This document shows, piece after piece, positions 44,974-58,746 of a stretch of 64,000 bases of DNA; position 1 is the first letter of the stretch; each line of letters opens with the position of its first letter. The stretch is from assembly GCA_964016885.1 (NCBI GenBank), contig OZ024750.1, positions 31,620,001 to 31,684,000 of the forward strand, given 5' to 3'. Source of the DNA: Eledone cirrhosa. Its lineage: Eukaryota. Both the position numbers and the translations under genes were made by a program. The notes under the pieces were generated by a model, which saw only the letters and a program-made list of their open reading frames with translations, ran no database searches and was not told where the DNA came from.

Positions 44974-45018
44974 AACGATGTACTAGTTTCAAGCTTGTTA
45001 GCTATCATCAGCACCGTT
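44974..45018 (-). ncRNA. Minimal hammerhead ribozyme (family F)
   Basis: Minus strand: aacggtg CTGATGA tagct-aaca-agctt GAAA ctag TA catcgtt. Stem I is 7 bp. Confidence 0.87.
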
Positions 45019-45266
45019 TATCCATCTGCCAGATAGTTGAACGTTCGAAAGTATATACTTTCCTTATGAAAATTAACGGCTGAGCAGCCTAATTTGCATA
45101 TTGAGTGAGTTAAATCGGTCAGGCATACCGAAAACGATAAGTTGAAAAAAAGAAAATGAAAACGAAATTTCAGGCTGTTCAGTTTTGTTTACAAACGAAC
45201 AAAGCGGCGTTATAATAAGCGTCCGCTAAACTGATGCGTGCATATATGTATGTGTACCTGTATGTA

Positions 45267-45312
<46 letters not shown>

Positions 45313-45411
45313 TGCTACTGTACGTCTGTATACATATATGTATGTACGTATACATACATACTTACATATATATATATTTATTTATGTATGTATGTATGTA
45401 TGAATATATAT

Positions 45412-46288
45412 ATATAGAAGTGGGAACACAACAGTTAGTTCACCATACCGAGAACAGTTGTTTCACCTTAGCGGATCCTCACCTCGTAATGGACATGGTT
45501 ATACGGAACAGGAAGGACAACCGTACGAGCGCGCATTCGCAGAAACGATCACTTCACACAGGCGATATTAAAATGCGTTCGAGAGGTGTAAGGGATGTAA
45601 CTGCGAAAGTACGAAAAATGTCTAGTTGATGAGAAAATTAGGATGTTGTTGTAATTCAATCCGGAGCTTTGTAGTTACGTAAGAGGTGTTTCGAGACGTG
45701 TGGACAAGGTGTGAAGAATTCAAATCTCGTGTTTAGGCAATCGCTATTGCACAATCTCTTTAGAATATTTATTTGTTCATAAATACATAGTCCACTCGAC
45801 GGATTTCCCCTTGCGTATGGCTTGGACTTAGTGATGGCTTTCCATTGAATGGAGTAGTCTATACTTGAGTCCTTGAGGGACCAAACGTGGATCGCGAGTT
45901 TCGTAGATGAACGTCTGTCCGGGTACTTAAAGGTCGACTGGTAGTTCAGGAAGCGTTCCGTAAATCGGCCCTCCGCCATCCCCACATATGATTTGAGCTC
46001 TTGTGGTTGATTTGGTCGATTGGAAGTGACCACAGCTTCATGGGAAACCAATGGGAAACCAATGTAGGCAAAACATGTCTAGCCCTCTTAGATAGACACT
46101 TTCCCATAGGTCATAAATACCGCTCCATCTTTAACCGACACAAAGTAAAACTAGGATACTCCTGCGCTAAGGACATGAAGACCCACATCACCACCAGCCC
46201 TAAGAGCTAGGCCCCACCAGGGTGCTCTTGCTGTAAGTCCGAATCTTGTCCCCTTCAACAGCAATGCAACACACCCGCTGTAGTATAT
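45412..46288 (-). mobile_element. Penelope-like (Neptune-type) 3' portion with inverted 5' segment
   Basis: Minus 46041-45656 encodes GIY-YIG (EAVVT..YVGMAEGRFTERF..TKLAIHVWSLK..CPH). Plus 46055-46288 encodes the thumb/Cys linker (TNVGKT..DRHFP..IFNRHKVKLGYSC..CPLQQQC..AVVY). Confidence 0.88.
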
Positions 46289-46665
46289 AGGAACTCTCCC
46301 ATTTAGCAATGGTTCGGTAATGCGTTTTTAATTCTTCCAGACTATATCTTAAGTGAGATAACATAACGTTAGTTCAACAATTGTATGATTGTATGTAGGA
46401 AACTATGATTTTCACTCTGGCATATTTCTGAATATTTCCCTATTGTCCACGCCGTTATTTATCCATTATCTGTGGAATATGGTCCGTAGTTCTGAGTACA
46501 GTAAAGTAAAAACAAACATGCACATTTTGAGGAGATTGGAAGATTGAAAATATCAAAACCAAGTGTGTTACTCATGTAACATGAAGAAAACTACGATGAA
46601 ACTATGCGAAGAAATTTATGGATACTACAATGACTGCGGATCCTTTATTCTCATTATATTAGAGC

Positions 46666-46732
<67 letters not shown>

Positions 46733-46897
46733 CCCAAAGAAAAGGTCAATAATCACGCACACACACACACACACACACATAAACATTTATAAATGTATAC
46801 ATATACATACACACACACACGCTCTCACCTATAAATATATATATGTATATAGATATCCATTTTTATACTGTTGACCATTTTATTCTTCACTCTTTCA

Positions 46898-46932
<35 letters not shown>

Positions 46933-46948
46933 TGTGTGTGTAGATAGA

Positions 46949-47015
<67 letters not shown>

Positions 47016-47027
47016 ATATATATATGT

Positions 47028-47169
47028 ATAACAAAGGGAGTGTGGTAAGGGACCAGGTGGACCATTACGCACCAGAGTACTCATTACTTATGGTAGTGGA
47101 GTGGGTAATAGGACACGAGTCCAGAAATACCCATCGAAACGGCTTGAGATCTGCTGTCGGGGTTAAACA

Positions 47170-47171
<2 letters not shown>
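47028..47171. mobile_element. Family B element, internally inverted
   Basis: Antisense body at 47028-47115 followed by the sense 5' part gtccagaaat..cgaaacggcttgag. Confidence 0.75.
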
Positions 47172-47256
<85 letters not shown>

Positions 47257-47447
47257 ATGTAATAAACAACATAAGATAATTATTTCATTTACTAGTGGTT
47301 TCTTTCAGATTTATTTGCTTTCAAGAAACCACTGGTAAATGATATAATTATCTTCTGTTGTCTATTACATAATTAATAAGCTCTGTAATAGAGCACTCTT
47401 TTTTCCTGTACCTTTCCGACGGAATTACTTCATTTCACACACACACG

Positions 47448-47550
<103 letters not shown>

Positions 47551-47589
47551 CCAGACAGCTTCCTAATATAATGGTCGCTTATAATATGG

Positions 47590-47735
47590 TGCGTCAAAAT
47601 TATTTATAAAACTGTTTATATATTGTATTTTATCTGACGAAGGCATGCCATATTTTTAATATGGTATCCCTGAAATATGTATAATGTAATAAGTATAGTT
47701 TTATAAATATAGTTTCCATGTGTTTAATATCGTAT
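47590..47735 (+). mobile_element. Family C hammerhead element (ribozyme 47626-47691)
   Basis: tattttat CTGACGA aggcatgccatat-tttta-atatggtatccct GAAA tatgta TA atgtaata. Confidence 0.8.
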
Positions 47736-47754
47736 ATATATATATATTTATTTT

Positions 47755-47850
<96 letters not shown>

Positions 47851-47854
47851 TATA

Positions 47855-47936
<82 letters not shown>

Positions 47937-47940
47937 TATA

Positions 47941-48001
<61 letters not shown>

Positions 48002-48404
48002 ATACTTGGGGAGGGTCATATTTGCGTAATATTGCCAGAATTAATAACAGAACACACTCACTGTTTGGTTGGTTTTCGCTTCTCGCTGTCTTTTATTATA
48101 TCTGCGATCTAACTTACTCGGTCCTCAATGTTGCCATTGACTGACCGGCGGTCAAAAATAATACAGATACAATATAGACACAAACACATATATATATATA
48201 TAGTTTACATAATTTACATAAATCTATCGTTGCACATCTGCAACATCGTCAGTCAGTGGTGTTATATTCATTGTTCCTCCTGTTGTGTTGTATGTCTACT
48301 CCATTTTTTATTCAGTCTGTCTATACATTTATTTATTTATTTGCTTGTTTGTTTGCAAAACTATATATATATATATATATATATATCCACACGCACATAC
48401 ATAT

Positions 48405-48560
48405 ATAGGCGGCACATTCGTAGTAGTTAGAACGTCGGATTGAATGCTTTGTAGTATTCGTTTCGTCTCTGCTCTCTGAGTTCAAATCCCGTAAAGGTCA
48501 GCTTTTCCTTTCATCCATTCATGGTCGATTAAAAAAAAGTACCAGTCTAGTAGTGGGATG
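48405..48560 (+). mobile_element. Diverged SINE of the same superfamily
   Basis: gagttcaaatccc B box and ctttcatcc..ggtcga..aagtaccag core. Confidence 0.7.
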
Positions 48561-48910
48561 TACTTTTCTTCGGTATATATCTCTCAATTCCTTACTCTCA
48601 CTTTCTCTTTCCTTCTCTAAAAGGAATCCACTGTATTCAGACCTGGATAGAAGATGTGCTCCACCAGGTTTAGAAAAATACCCTAGAAAGGCCGTATGTC
48701 AATATGTCACCTCTACGAAGCCTCAGGAGATATGGGTCCATACCATACACATATAGATACATTGATATATATTTATTTATATAAATACACACAGGAAGAC
48801 ACACATATGTGTGTGTGTGTGTATATATATATACTTTCTGAAATGTTGTTAATATTCCGTTAAACGTAATGCAAGTTATTGCGCCATTAATTTGATTTGC
48901 AACTTAATTA

Positions 48911-49032
48911 TAATTGTTTCTACTTTAGGCACAAGGCCAGCAATTACCCAATACATTACTGGTACTTTATTTTATCGACCCCGTAAGGATGAAAGGCAAA
49001 GTTAACCTCGGCGGGATTTGAACTCGGACTGT
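48911..49032 (-). mobile_element. 5'-truncated SINE
   Basis: Tail, core and B box present. Confidence 0.85.
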
Positions 49033-49275
49033 AAAGGAAACTTAATTATAATGTAAGCCATCCGGTCCACATATGTAATTGAATTTTATTGTTAGAACCT
49101 ATCAGATTTTAATATTATATAATAAGTGGTTGTATCGAACATAAAATATTTTTGTTCTACTCTTCTCCTATTCTCAGCAGTTGCTTCATACACAGAAACA
49201 CAGCCAATCTTTATAAAACATAATATAAACGTTGCATTGCTTCCGATCAAATATTAAATACCAATGATCGTTTAA

Positions 49276-49464
49276 CCCTTTAGCATTTAAACCGGCCGTA
49301 TCCGGCAAGAATTCTCTCTCCTCTTTCTGTTCAAACCGGCTTTAACCAGCCATTCATACTATTAAGATATTGGGTATTGTTCTCAAAATAAATAATATCA
49401 TAGATATATCGATATTATGTGAGAAATATAATAGCAAATATGGAGTAATGTAAATGCTAAAGTG
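49276..49464. mobile_element. piggyBac-type MITE
   Basis: TTAA-ccctttagcattta ... taaatgctaaagtg-TTAA: 14-bp TIR with one mismatch, and a TTAA TSD. Confidence 0.75.
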
Positions 49465-50575
49465 TTAAATCTATTATTTTATCATATATAAGTTCATGTT
49501 ATTCATTCTAGTGAGGTGATATGTGATCTGATAAGCCCATAACTCCTGAGGGGGTCGTAGGGGTAGCGTAAACAGCATTTCCAGGTCTGGATACAGTAAA
49601 TTTTTCCCAGAAAAGGATTGAGAGTGACAGAGAGTATGTGAGAATGAGATATAGAGGGATAATCAACCCCAGTAGTTGACTGGTAATTTTTTATCGACCC
49701 TGAAAGGATGAAAGGCAACGTCGACCTATTCTAGTACATGTGTATTAATCGTATGCGAATATTTTAAAAACTCGTATCTATTTTACTCGTTTCAAAGTGA
49801 CCTTCTATTAATGGTCATGCCAGGCTTCTGTCTGCTAGTGGCACCATCTAACTCAGTGCAACTGGCTTCCTGGTCGAGTGGTCGGTGACTAAACCGGCTG
49901 GCTCCCCAGCAGCATAAAAGACAAGAACTGTTAAAAGGGTGGATGAACTTTTCGAAGTTAATCCATTCCAACTATGGGTTAAATAGCCTCACCAACCATC
50001 AAATGGCCATGCGTCGTATGTTGGATACAGCCCTGACATGACCAAAATCAAAAAGAAAACTATGAAAGTCAACCAAATGTGTAAAGGCCCTGGATTGGAT
50101 ATATTGTACTTTTTAAAAATATTTATCGGGTGTATTCTTCGCCTAGGTTTTGGCTCGTGTGTATTATGTATGACCTCAAAATCTAAAAAAAGGGAAGGAG
50201 CTGACATATATTGTATGTTGAAATTAGTAATATAATCTAAGTGCCCCATATACTGTAGAACCTTGGAGAATGTTATCTGTGAAATACCTACGACGTAGAA
50301 CAGATATACCTATTACTTTTTACCTGTTACAGTCGACTGACGAAGGCCATGCTGTGGCACGAATAAATAAAGATATCTATCATTCATCTAATACACCACA
50401 CGTAGCTTGAGGGAAACCTCTAGGTTTCGTCAGTTAAGTTTTAGAGAAGCAATATTTATCTCGTATAACAGACTATATATTTGAGTCATGATAGGATTGC
50501 TGGAAAATTGTAAACGAAAAAGCACTTTGGTAAATTATACTACTTAAGTGATACCATAGTATATATAATATAATA

Positions 50576-50604
<29 letters not shown>

Positions 50605-50609
<5 letters not shown>

Positions 50610-50788
50610 GTTTCTACATTTGGCACAAGGGTAGAAATTCACCAGTACATTACTGGTACTTTATTTTATCGACCCCGTAAGGATGAAAGGCAAAGGTAAC
50701 CTCGGCGGGATTTGAACTCAGATCGTAAAGGGACGTAACTATGCTGGAAAGCATGGCGTCCGACTCTCTACCTATACTGCCAATCCAT
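50605..50788 (-). mobile_element. tRNA-derived SINE
   Basis: Full-length family member between (TA)n and (ATAAT)n. Confidence 0.88.
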
Positions 50789-50789
50789 A

Positions 50790-51189
50790 TATATAATATA
50801 TAATATAATATAATATAATATAATATAATATAATATAATATAATATAATATAATATAATATAATATAATATAATATAATATAATATAATATAATATAATA
50901 TAATATATATAATATATAATATAATATAATATAATATAATATAATATAATATAATATAATATAATATAATATAATATAATATAATATAATATAATATATA
51001 ATATAATATAATATAATATAATATAATATAATATAATATAATATAATATAATATAATATAATATAATATAATATAATATAATATAATATAATATAATATA
51101 ATATAATATAATATAATATAATATAATATAATATAATATAATATAATATAATATAATATAATATAATATAATATAATATAATATATAAT
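50790..51189. repeat. (ATAAT)n pentanucleotide array
   Basis: Seen directly. Confidence 0.95.
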
Positions 51190-51690
51190 TAAATTGGTGA
51201 TGGATGCTTAAAGCGTCCGTATGCGGTAGGCCGTTTGAACACTCGATATTCTCATAGAGCAGAGAAAAATATCACAGAAAATATCACAGAAAGATATCAC
51301 AGAAAAAAAAAGAATCAGTGTTGCGACGAATGGAATTTATTGGACATATTACAATCGTTTCTCTGGCGACCAGCTCGAGGCACCATCGATGTGATGATCG
51401 AACCTGACTCTGAAAACCGCAAGGTCCTCAGGTTCGCCTTGATTGTAATATGTCCAATAGATTCCATTCGTCGCAACACTGATTCTCTTTTTTTCTGTGA
51501 TACGATACTCCGCTCTATCGACAGGTTCTGCTTTTCATCCCGCATTTCATCCTCACCAGGCTTGGTCGAGTTTCCGGCTTAGTCGCCGACGATCCGACCA
51601 TGCACAGGTTGAACTGGGTTACCTGTTACCATCAGCGCTGTAGAGCGACCTGACATAACATACGTGTAAATATATATGTGTGTGTGTATG

Positions 51691-52852
<1,162 letters not shown>

Positions 52853-52876
52853 GTGCCTTTTCTCTTCACCACCAAC

Positions 52877-55800
52877 ATGGCTATGCTAAGAGTAGGCTGT
52901 TTAAATGCGCGTGGCCTGGGCTCAACTTGGAAGCAAGCAATGCTTCTAAATGACCTCAGGTCACAACGTATAGATGTGATGGTTATTTGCGAGGCCCGGA
53001 TCAGCAACGTGCGACAGCTGGCCCCCACCTTTGATGACTTTGAGATGCACGCATCTCTCTGTCAGCCTGGAGGTGGGGGTGGAGTTGTCGTTCTGCTGCA
53101 AAAACATCTGGGTCTCGCAACACAGATGGTACATTTGGACCCGGAGGGTCGACTAGTGGTTCTGGACCTTGGCAGTGGTAAAGGCGGAGCGTTTAGGTTG
53201 GTAGCCGCCTACGGCCCTTTCGGGTCAATGCGGCCGGACTTCTTCCATCGTCTGGAGACTTTTCTAGGGACGTCCCGCTCCTTGCTATTAGTGGGGGACT
53301 GGAATGGTATCCTAGATGCACGCTGGGACTACGTAGGGGCCTGCCCCGATAGAGAGGGGTGTAATAGCCTCAAAGGGTTAATCGGTCGATTTGACCTGGC
53401 CGATAGATATCGACTAGATTTTCCGACTGCGCCAACCTGGACTTGGGCAAATCGTAGCGGATCATCTAGGTCGTACCTAGATAGGTTCTTAGTTAGAATT
53501 AAGGATAAGGACTTTTTAAGTTGTCCAAAAATGCGCATTGTTGGCTATTCAGACCACAAATTAGTGACCTGCATGGTCAACCTTGACAGAACTCATAGAC
53601 AGGGCCCCGGTTACTGGAAGCTCAACTTGTCCTTGCCGGCAAGTAGAGCCTACAGGAATCGGATTAGTACGTTAGTTAAGGAACGGTTGACTGGAGCGAT
53701 CGTCAACAGCAGGTGGTGGGTATCTCTAAAGAGAGAGATTAGAGTAGTCTCGATAGAATTTAGTAAGGTTCTAGCTGCGGATAGGAATAGGAAGGAAAGG
53801 GAGCTAATAGATAGAGTAGAAGAGGCAATTAGAAGCGGCGACGTGGCCAGAGTGCTAGCGTCGAGAACGGCTTTGAGCCAGTTTTTCGACGCGAAGCACG
53901 AAGGCTGCGTTGTCCGAAGTAAAATACGTGCTCTAGGGAACGAGGGGACCAAAGCTGTTAGCTGGGCCCGCGTGACAGAGGCCAACAGTGGAACTAAATC
54001 CACCATCCGGTCTTTGCGAGACCTGGATGGACGGGCGATTCTTGAGCCTAAGCAGATGTGTGAGGCCTTTCAAAGGCACTTTGCCCGACTGTTCGGGAGG
54101 GGCGGGGAGCCGGTTGGGAACGTGGACTTCGGTCCATACCTCGACGGCCTGCCGCGCCTCTCGGACAGGGAGGCGAAGTCCTGCGAGGAGCCGATTTCGG
54201 CCGCTGAGATAGAGGACGTGCTGAGCCAATGCGGCAAACGCAAATCCCCGGGTCTCGATGGTCTTCCTTACGAATTATATCTAGCTATGCCGGACTTGTT
54301 CCCCGATCTCCTCGAGGCGGTCTACTGCAACTGGCAACAGAACGGGAGAATTCCCTGTACTGTGACCAAGGGCGTAGTCACGCTAGTGAGGAAGGACGAG
54401 AACAAGGGGGACGAAATAAGTAACTTCAGGCCCATAACACTGCTAAATACAGAGTTACAGATTTTGGCCAAGGTGCTAGCAAAGAGGTTGGCGCTTGTCG
54501 TGGGCAACCTGGTGGGAGATGCGCAGACATGCGCTATCCCGTCCAGGTCCATCCATGACAACCTCCACCTCATGCGATACATCATAGAGAGGGTTGGGAA
54601 CGAACCCGGCTTTGGTGGGGCTCTGATCAACTTGGATCAATCTAAGGCGTTCGATAGGGTCGACCATGGTTACTTGGATGCGGTGCTAGCGGCGGCAGGC
54701 TTCGGACCCGTTTTCAGTGGCTGGATCACTGCTATGCACAGCAGCCGCATCTGCTCTAGGGTCAAGGTGAACGGCTACCTCTCGGAGCCGTTCAAAATCG
54801 CGCGGTCCATCCGACAAGGGTGCCCTCTCTCCTCCCTTCTGTATGTGTTGACTCTCGAGCCACTACTGCGGAAGTTGGAGTTGTTGCAGGGCATCCCTTT
54901 GGAACCGGGATTGCGGAAAGCGGTGTCGGCCTACGCCGATGACGTGACAGTAATGGTGTCGACGGCCTCCGAAATCGAGGCGGTCGGCACCTTACTGGAG
55001 GAGTACGAAAAGTTCACAGGGGCTAAGCTGAACCGGGACAAGTCGATCGGTTTGCAACTCGGCACGTGGAGGGGCAGACCGATGCCCTCCGATAGCGTCG
55101 TCGGACGCTGGACGGAGGGCCCGGTGAAGTTGCTCGGGGTCTGGTTCGGACCGGACCTCCAGGTGGAGAAAAACTGGGCGGAGGTTACGAACAGAGTGTT
55201 TGCACTGACCCAGAAGTGGGCCAGTTGCAAACTATCCCTGAAAGGTCGGGCGGAGGTGGCGAACACCTACATAGCGTCCGTCATCTACTACCGCCTGACC
55301 GTAGTGCCCTGCCCAAGGGAAACCCTCACCAAGATGGAGCGCGCGCTCTTCCAATTCCTTTGGAAGAGGCGGGCTCCTATGGTGAGGAGATCCATCTGCT
55401 GTCAACACCCTTCGAAAGGAGGGCTGGGGATGCCGTGGCTAATGATGCGTAAACACGCATTAAGGCTACGGCACCTCTACGTATTCCTCACCGGACAACC
55501 GGTGTGGGCCTCGTTTGTGAGACGAACCTTTCCCAGACTCGTCTCACTCACCGAGCTGCAATCCTGGGTCAAGCAAAGACCGAGAAAACTGGGCGCCTGG
55601 CACACTGAGTGTGCCCAGGCGCTCACCGCCCTCTGGCAGGCGGATCCGGTTATCAGTGGAGACTCCACCGCAACATTCTATAGAGGGCTGGTACGCAGCA
55701 GGTGCGACGACGCCCTCGGAGAAGCCCTAGACATGGAGGAGGACGAACTGGCCAGCCTGTTCGGTAGGACATTCAGCCCGGGACCTATGGACAACTTCCA

Positions 55801-56314
55801 GAAGTCCCTGGCCTGGCAGTGCTACCGAGGGGCTTTACCCGTTCGAGAAAGGCTCTACAGACACGGGCGCCCGGGTAGGGACCCCGCCAAAAAGATCTGT
55901 CCCAGATGCGTGTGCGACGAGGAAACCGTTGCACACGCATTAGTACACTGCTCGGGCGTAGCCGATCTGTGGGGCTATGTCGAACAACTGCTGTCAAGGG
56001 TGGGACCGATCCGGTTGACCACCGAGTCTATTGTAATGATCAAGCCGCCTCCCCCCTTCAAAGATGAAGCAGAGGCGGTGTTTCTGTGCGTAATAGCCAT
56101 GGCGAAAGAGGTTGTATGGTGGACGCGTCTGAAAGGACTGAGGTCGGGCACCTTTCTCTCTGGCCAACAACTGGTCCGTTTCTTCCGATATCATTTCGGA
56201 AGAAGGATCAGGATGGAGAGAGAGGTGCTGCACCCCAGCCGTTTCTATGAAAGATGGGTGAAAGTGGCGAGAATGGCCCGTGTGAATGGGCCTTCACTCT
56301 ACATCAGACTATAG
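52877..56314 (+). CDS. Tx1-like ORF2: APE endonuclease + reverse transcriptase + C-terminal zinc finger, uninterrupted
   Basis: CLNARGL, VGDWN, SYLDRF, SDHK, GPGYWKLN, KSPGLDGLP, NFRPITLLN, LDQSKAFDRVDH, RQGCPLS, AYADD, CPRC..ETVAHALVHC. First ATG at 52877. Confidence 0.95.
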   Translation: MAMLRVGCLNARGLGSTWKQAMLLNDLRSQRIDVMVICEARISNVRQLAPTFDDFEMHASLCQPGGGGGVVVLLQKHLGLATQMVHLDPEGRLVVLDLGSGKGGAFRLVAAYGPFGSMRPDFFHRLETFLGTSRSLLLVGDWNGILDARWDYVGACPDREGCNSLKGLIGRFDLADRYRLDFPTAPTWTWANRSGSSRSYLDRFLVRIKDKDFLSCPKMRIVGYSDHKLVTCMVNLDRTHRQGPGYWKLNLSLPASRAYRNRISTLVKERLTGAIVNSRWWVSLKREIRVVSIEFSKVLAADRNRKERELIDRVEEAIRSGDVARVLASRTALSQFFDAKHEGCVVRSKIRALGNEGTKAVSWARVTEANSGTKSTIRSLRDLDGRAILEPKQMCEAFQRHFARLFGRGGEPVGNVDFGPYLDGLPRLSDREAKSCEEPISAAEIEDVLSQCGKRKSPGLDGLPYELYLAMPDLFPDLLEAVYCNWQQNGRIPCTVTKGVVTLVRKDENKGDEISNFRPITLLNTELQILAKVLAKRLALVVGNLVGDAQTCAIPSRSIHDNLHLMRYIIERVGNEPGFGGALINLDQSKAFDRVDHGYLDAVLAAAGFGPVFSGWITAMHSSRICSRVKVNGYLSEPFKIARSIRQGCPLSSLLYVLTLEPLLRKLELLQGIPLEPGLRKAVSAYADDVTVMVSTASEIEAVGTLLEEYEKFTGAKLNRDKSIGLQLGTWRGRPMPSDSVVGRWTEGPVKLLGVWFGPDLQVEKNWAEVTNRVFALTQKWASCKLSLKGRAEVANTYIASVIYYRLTVVPCPRETLTKMERALFQFLWKRRAPMVRRSICCQHPSKGGLGMPWLMMRKHALRLRHLYVFLTGQPVWASFVRRTFPRLVSLTELQSWVKQRPRKLGAWHTECAQALTALWQADPVISGDSTATFYRGLVRSRCDDALGEALDMEEDELASLFGRTFSPGPMDNFQKSLAWQCYRGALPVRERLYRHGRPGRDPAKKICPRCVCDEETVAHALVHCSGVADLWGYVEQLLSRVGPIRLTTESIVMIKPPPPFKDEAEAVFLCVIAMAKEVVWWTRLKGLRSGTFLSGQQLVRFFRYHFGRRIRMEREVLHPSRFYERWVKVARMARVNGPSLYIRL

Positions 56315-56578
56315 GTGAGGAAGATGAAAGACCAAGGGAGCACCCCTTCTCTGTGCTCCTGAGGAGAAGGGTTGCACACTTTTTTCGGGGGTGTGTGCGA
56401 CCCCCCAAGGCGCCTCCTCTCTATTGAGGATTTTGTTAAAAATTTTATTTTTTGTTATATCTTATTTTATTTTTATATTTTGTTATTGCCTCCTCCTTAT
56501 TGAGGACGCCTTTTTGTGTAAACTCCCCCCTTTGTACTTGTCCCACTTTTGATGCCCTAGTGGCAAATAAAAGAAATA

Positions 56579-56641
<63 letters not shown>

Positions 56642-56646
56642 ATATA

Positions 56647-56707
<61 letters not shown>

Positions 56708-56739
56708 ATGTGATTGCTGGATCGAATCATGCCGGTTTG

Positions 56740-56770
<31 letters not shown>

Positions 56771-57070
56771 CCATTGAACAAAGTGACAGGAGCCTGGATT
56801 GTTGTAATTCCATTCTGTTTTTTTTCAAACTCTATAAATATTTCAAAGGCCAGTAGAATTCCAGCGCCTGATTATGTCACTGGCATTCTACTGGGCATTG
56901 ACATATATATATTATCTGCAAAAATTAAATCTTTTTAACAGGCTCCACCCCATTCGTTAAGCGAATGGGGTCAGGGATCTTGTCGATCGACTGACGATAT
57001 ATATATATATATATATTAATAAAAACAATGAATAAAAACAAAGAACAAGTTCCTTATATTAAAAAATTCA

Positions 57071-57186
57071 TCATTCTACGATCGTTTCTAGGCTATATAT
57101 GTGTGTTGGTATGTATATCATATAGATCTATGTAAAGATTTTACAAACTATCAGAGGAAATATATCACAGCTGTCTTCAGAAATAA
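57071..57186 (-). ncRNA. Hammerhead ribozyme with long stem II insertion
   Basis: Minus strand: ttattt CTGAAGA cagctgt..(~70 nt)..atagccta GAAA cgatcg TA gaatga. Confidence 0.68.
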
Positions 57187-57190
57187 TATC

Positions 57191-57219
<29 letters not shown>

Positions 57220-57223
<4 letters not shown>

Positions 57224-57414
57224 CAAAGGAATTGTGGTAAGGAATCAGATGGACCATAACGCACCAGAGTACTTAATACTTAGAGTAGTAGAGTGGGAAA
57301 TAGGAAAAAGTATGACCCCGACGGTAGATCTCAAACCGTTTCGACGGCTATTTCTGGACAGTCTAGAAATAGCCGTCGAAACGGCTTGAGCTCTGCCGTC
57401 GGGATCATATACTT

Positions 57415-57419
<5 letters not shown>
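57220..57419 (-). mobile_element. Family B element with ~58-bp fold-back
   Basis: Hairpin at 57304-57418. Flanked by (TA)n. Confidence 0.8.
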
Positions 57420-57492
<73 letters not shown>

Positions 57493-57904
57493 ACAAACAT
57501 AATAGGCAAAGAATAATTCAAATCTCGAATTTGATTTTATAGTCAAAAGCAAGATAGGTAAAAGAAATATTAGGGTTTAATCTAATCGGGATTTTTCGAA
57601 TGACCGTTGCGTTACAATATGAAAAAAAAGATGTATTTGTATACAGTAGTGATGGAAACGTTCCTAAATTAAATAATTTAAGGTAATTTAATCCTGGTTA
57701 TTTTTATTTATATATACATTTTTTATAACATACACACATACATACATACATATATATATTTTTTTTTCTTTCCGAACCACTGCAACGCTAATACCTAATG
57801 AGATGGATACCTTCAGAAAACACATAATCTCGTTTTACCATACCTTACAGGAAGATTAGTGCAAAGAAATAATCAATATATAAATGATTATATATATATA
57901 ATAT

Positions 57905-57985
<81 letters not shown>

Positions 57986-58170
57986 TGAAATGACAGTAAA
58001 TAATAACATTGAAATATTGAATGTCTGCATAACTAATACTTTGTAGATAGCAGCTGTTTTCAGGTTATGTAACTGTTATAGAAACACGTGTCAATAAATT
58101 CCTTTCAACTAAACTGTATCCATTCAAATCTTTCTATATATACATATATAGATATGATTGTGTATGTGTA

Positions 58171-58305
<135 letters not shown>

Positions 58306-58715
58306 ATGAATTTACGTACATATTTATCAAATTATTCCTATATATATACTAGGATAGTATCCGTAAAATAGCAGTGTGTAACAGTAAAATTAAATGATTT
58401 AATAAGTTCTTGATTATATATAATCTAAGAATTATCAAATTATATCTTCCTTCTTTGAAAATGTTTTGTTGCCAAAATATTTGTCTAGACTATTTCATTG
58501 TACTTTTTCATTTTCTTTTTCGCAATTTACCCGATGTTTCTAACGATATCATTATTGTAGTGGCTTTGTGTTTGAATTACATCGTTCTCAAATATATATA
58601 TGTATATACATACATACACACACACACACATATATATATTTATATATATATATTTATATAAATATATATATATATATATATATAAATATATATATATACA
58701 TATATATATATACAG

Positions 58716-58746
<31 letters not shown>

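Larger units (their letters stand above)
44161..45367 (-). mobile_element. Tandem ~490-bp hammerhead element (family F, retrozyme/pLTR-like) with inverted 5' segment
   Basis: Units at about 44161-44649 and 44650-45141. 45171-45367 is the reverse complement of about 44711-44913. Dispersed homologue at about 22527-22910. Confidence 0.82.

Noticed and set aside
53329-56233. Antisense and alternate-frame ORFs within Tx1 ORF2 (and within the RTE)
   Set aside because: Expected shadow ORFs of GC-rich coding sequence, with no motifs.
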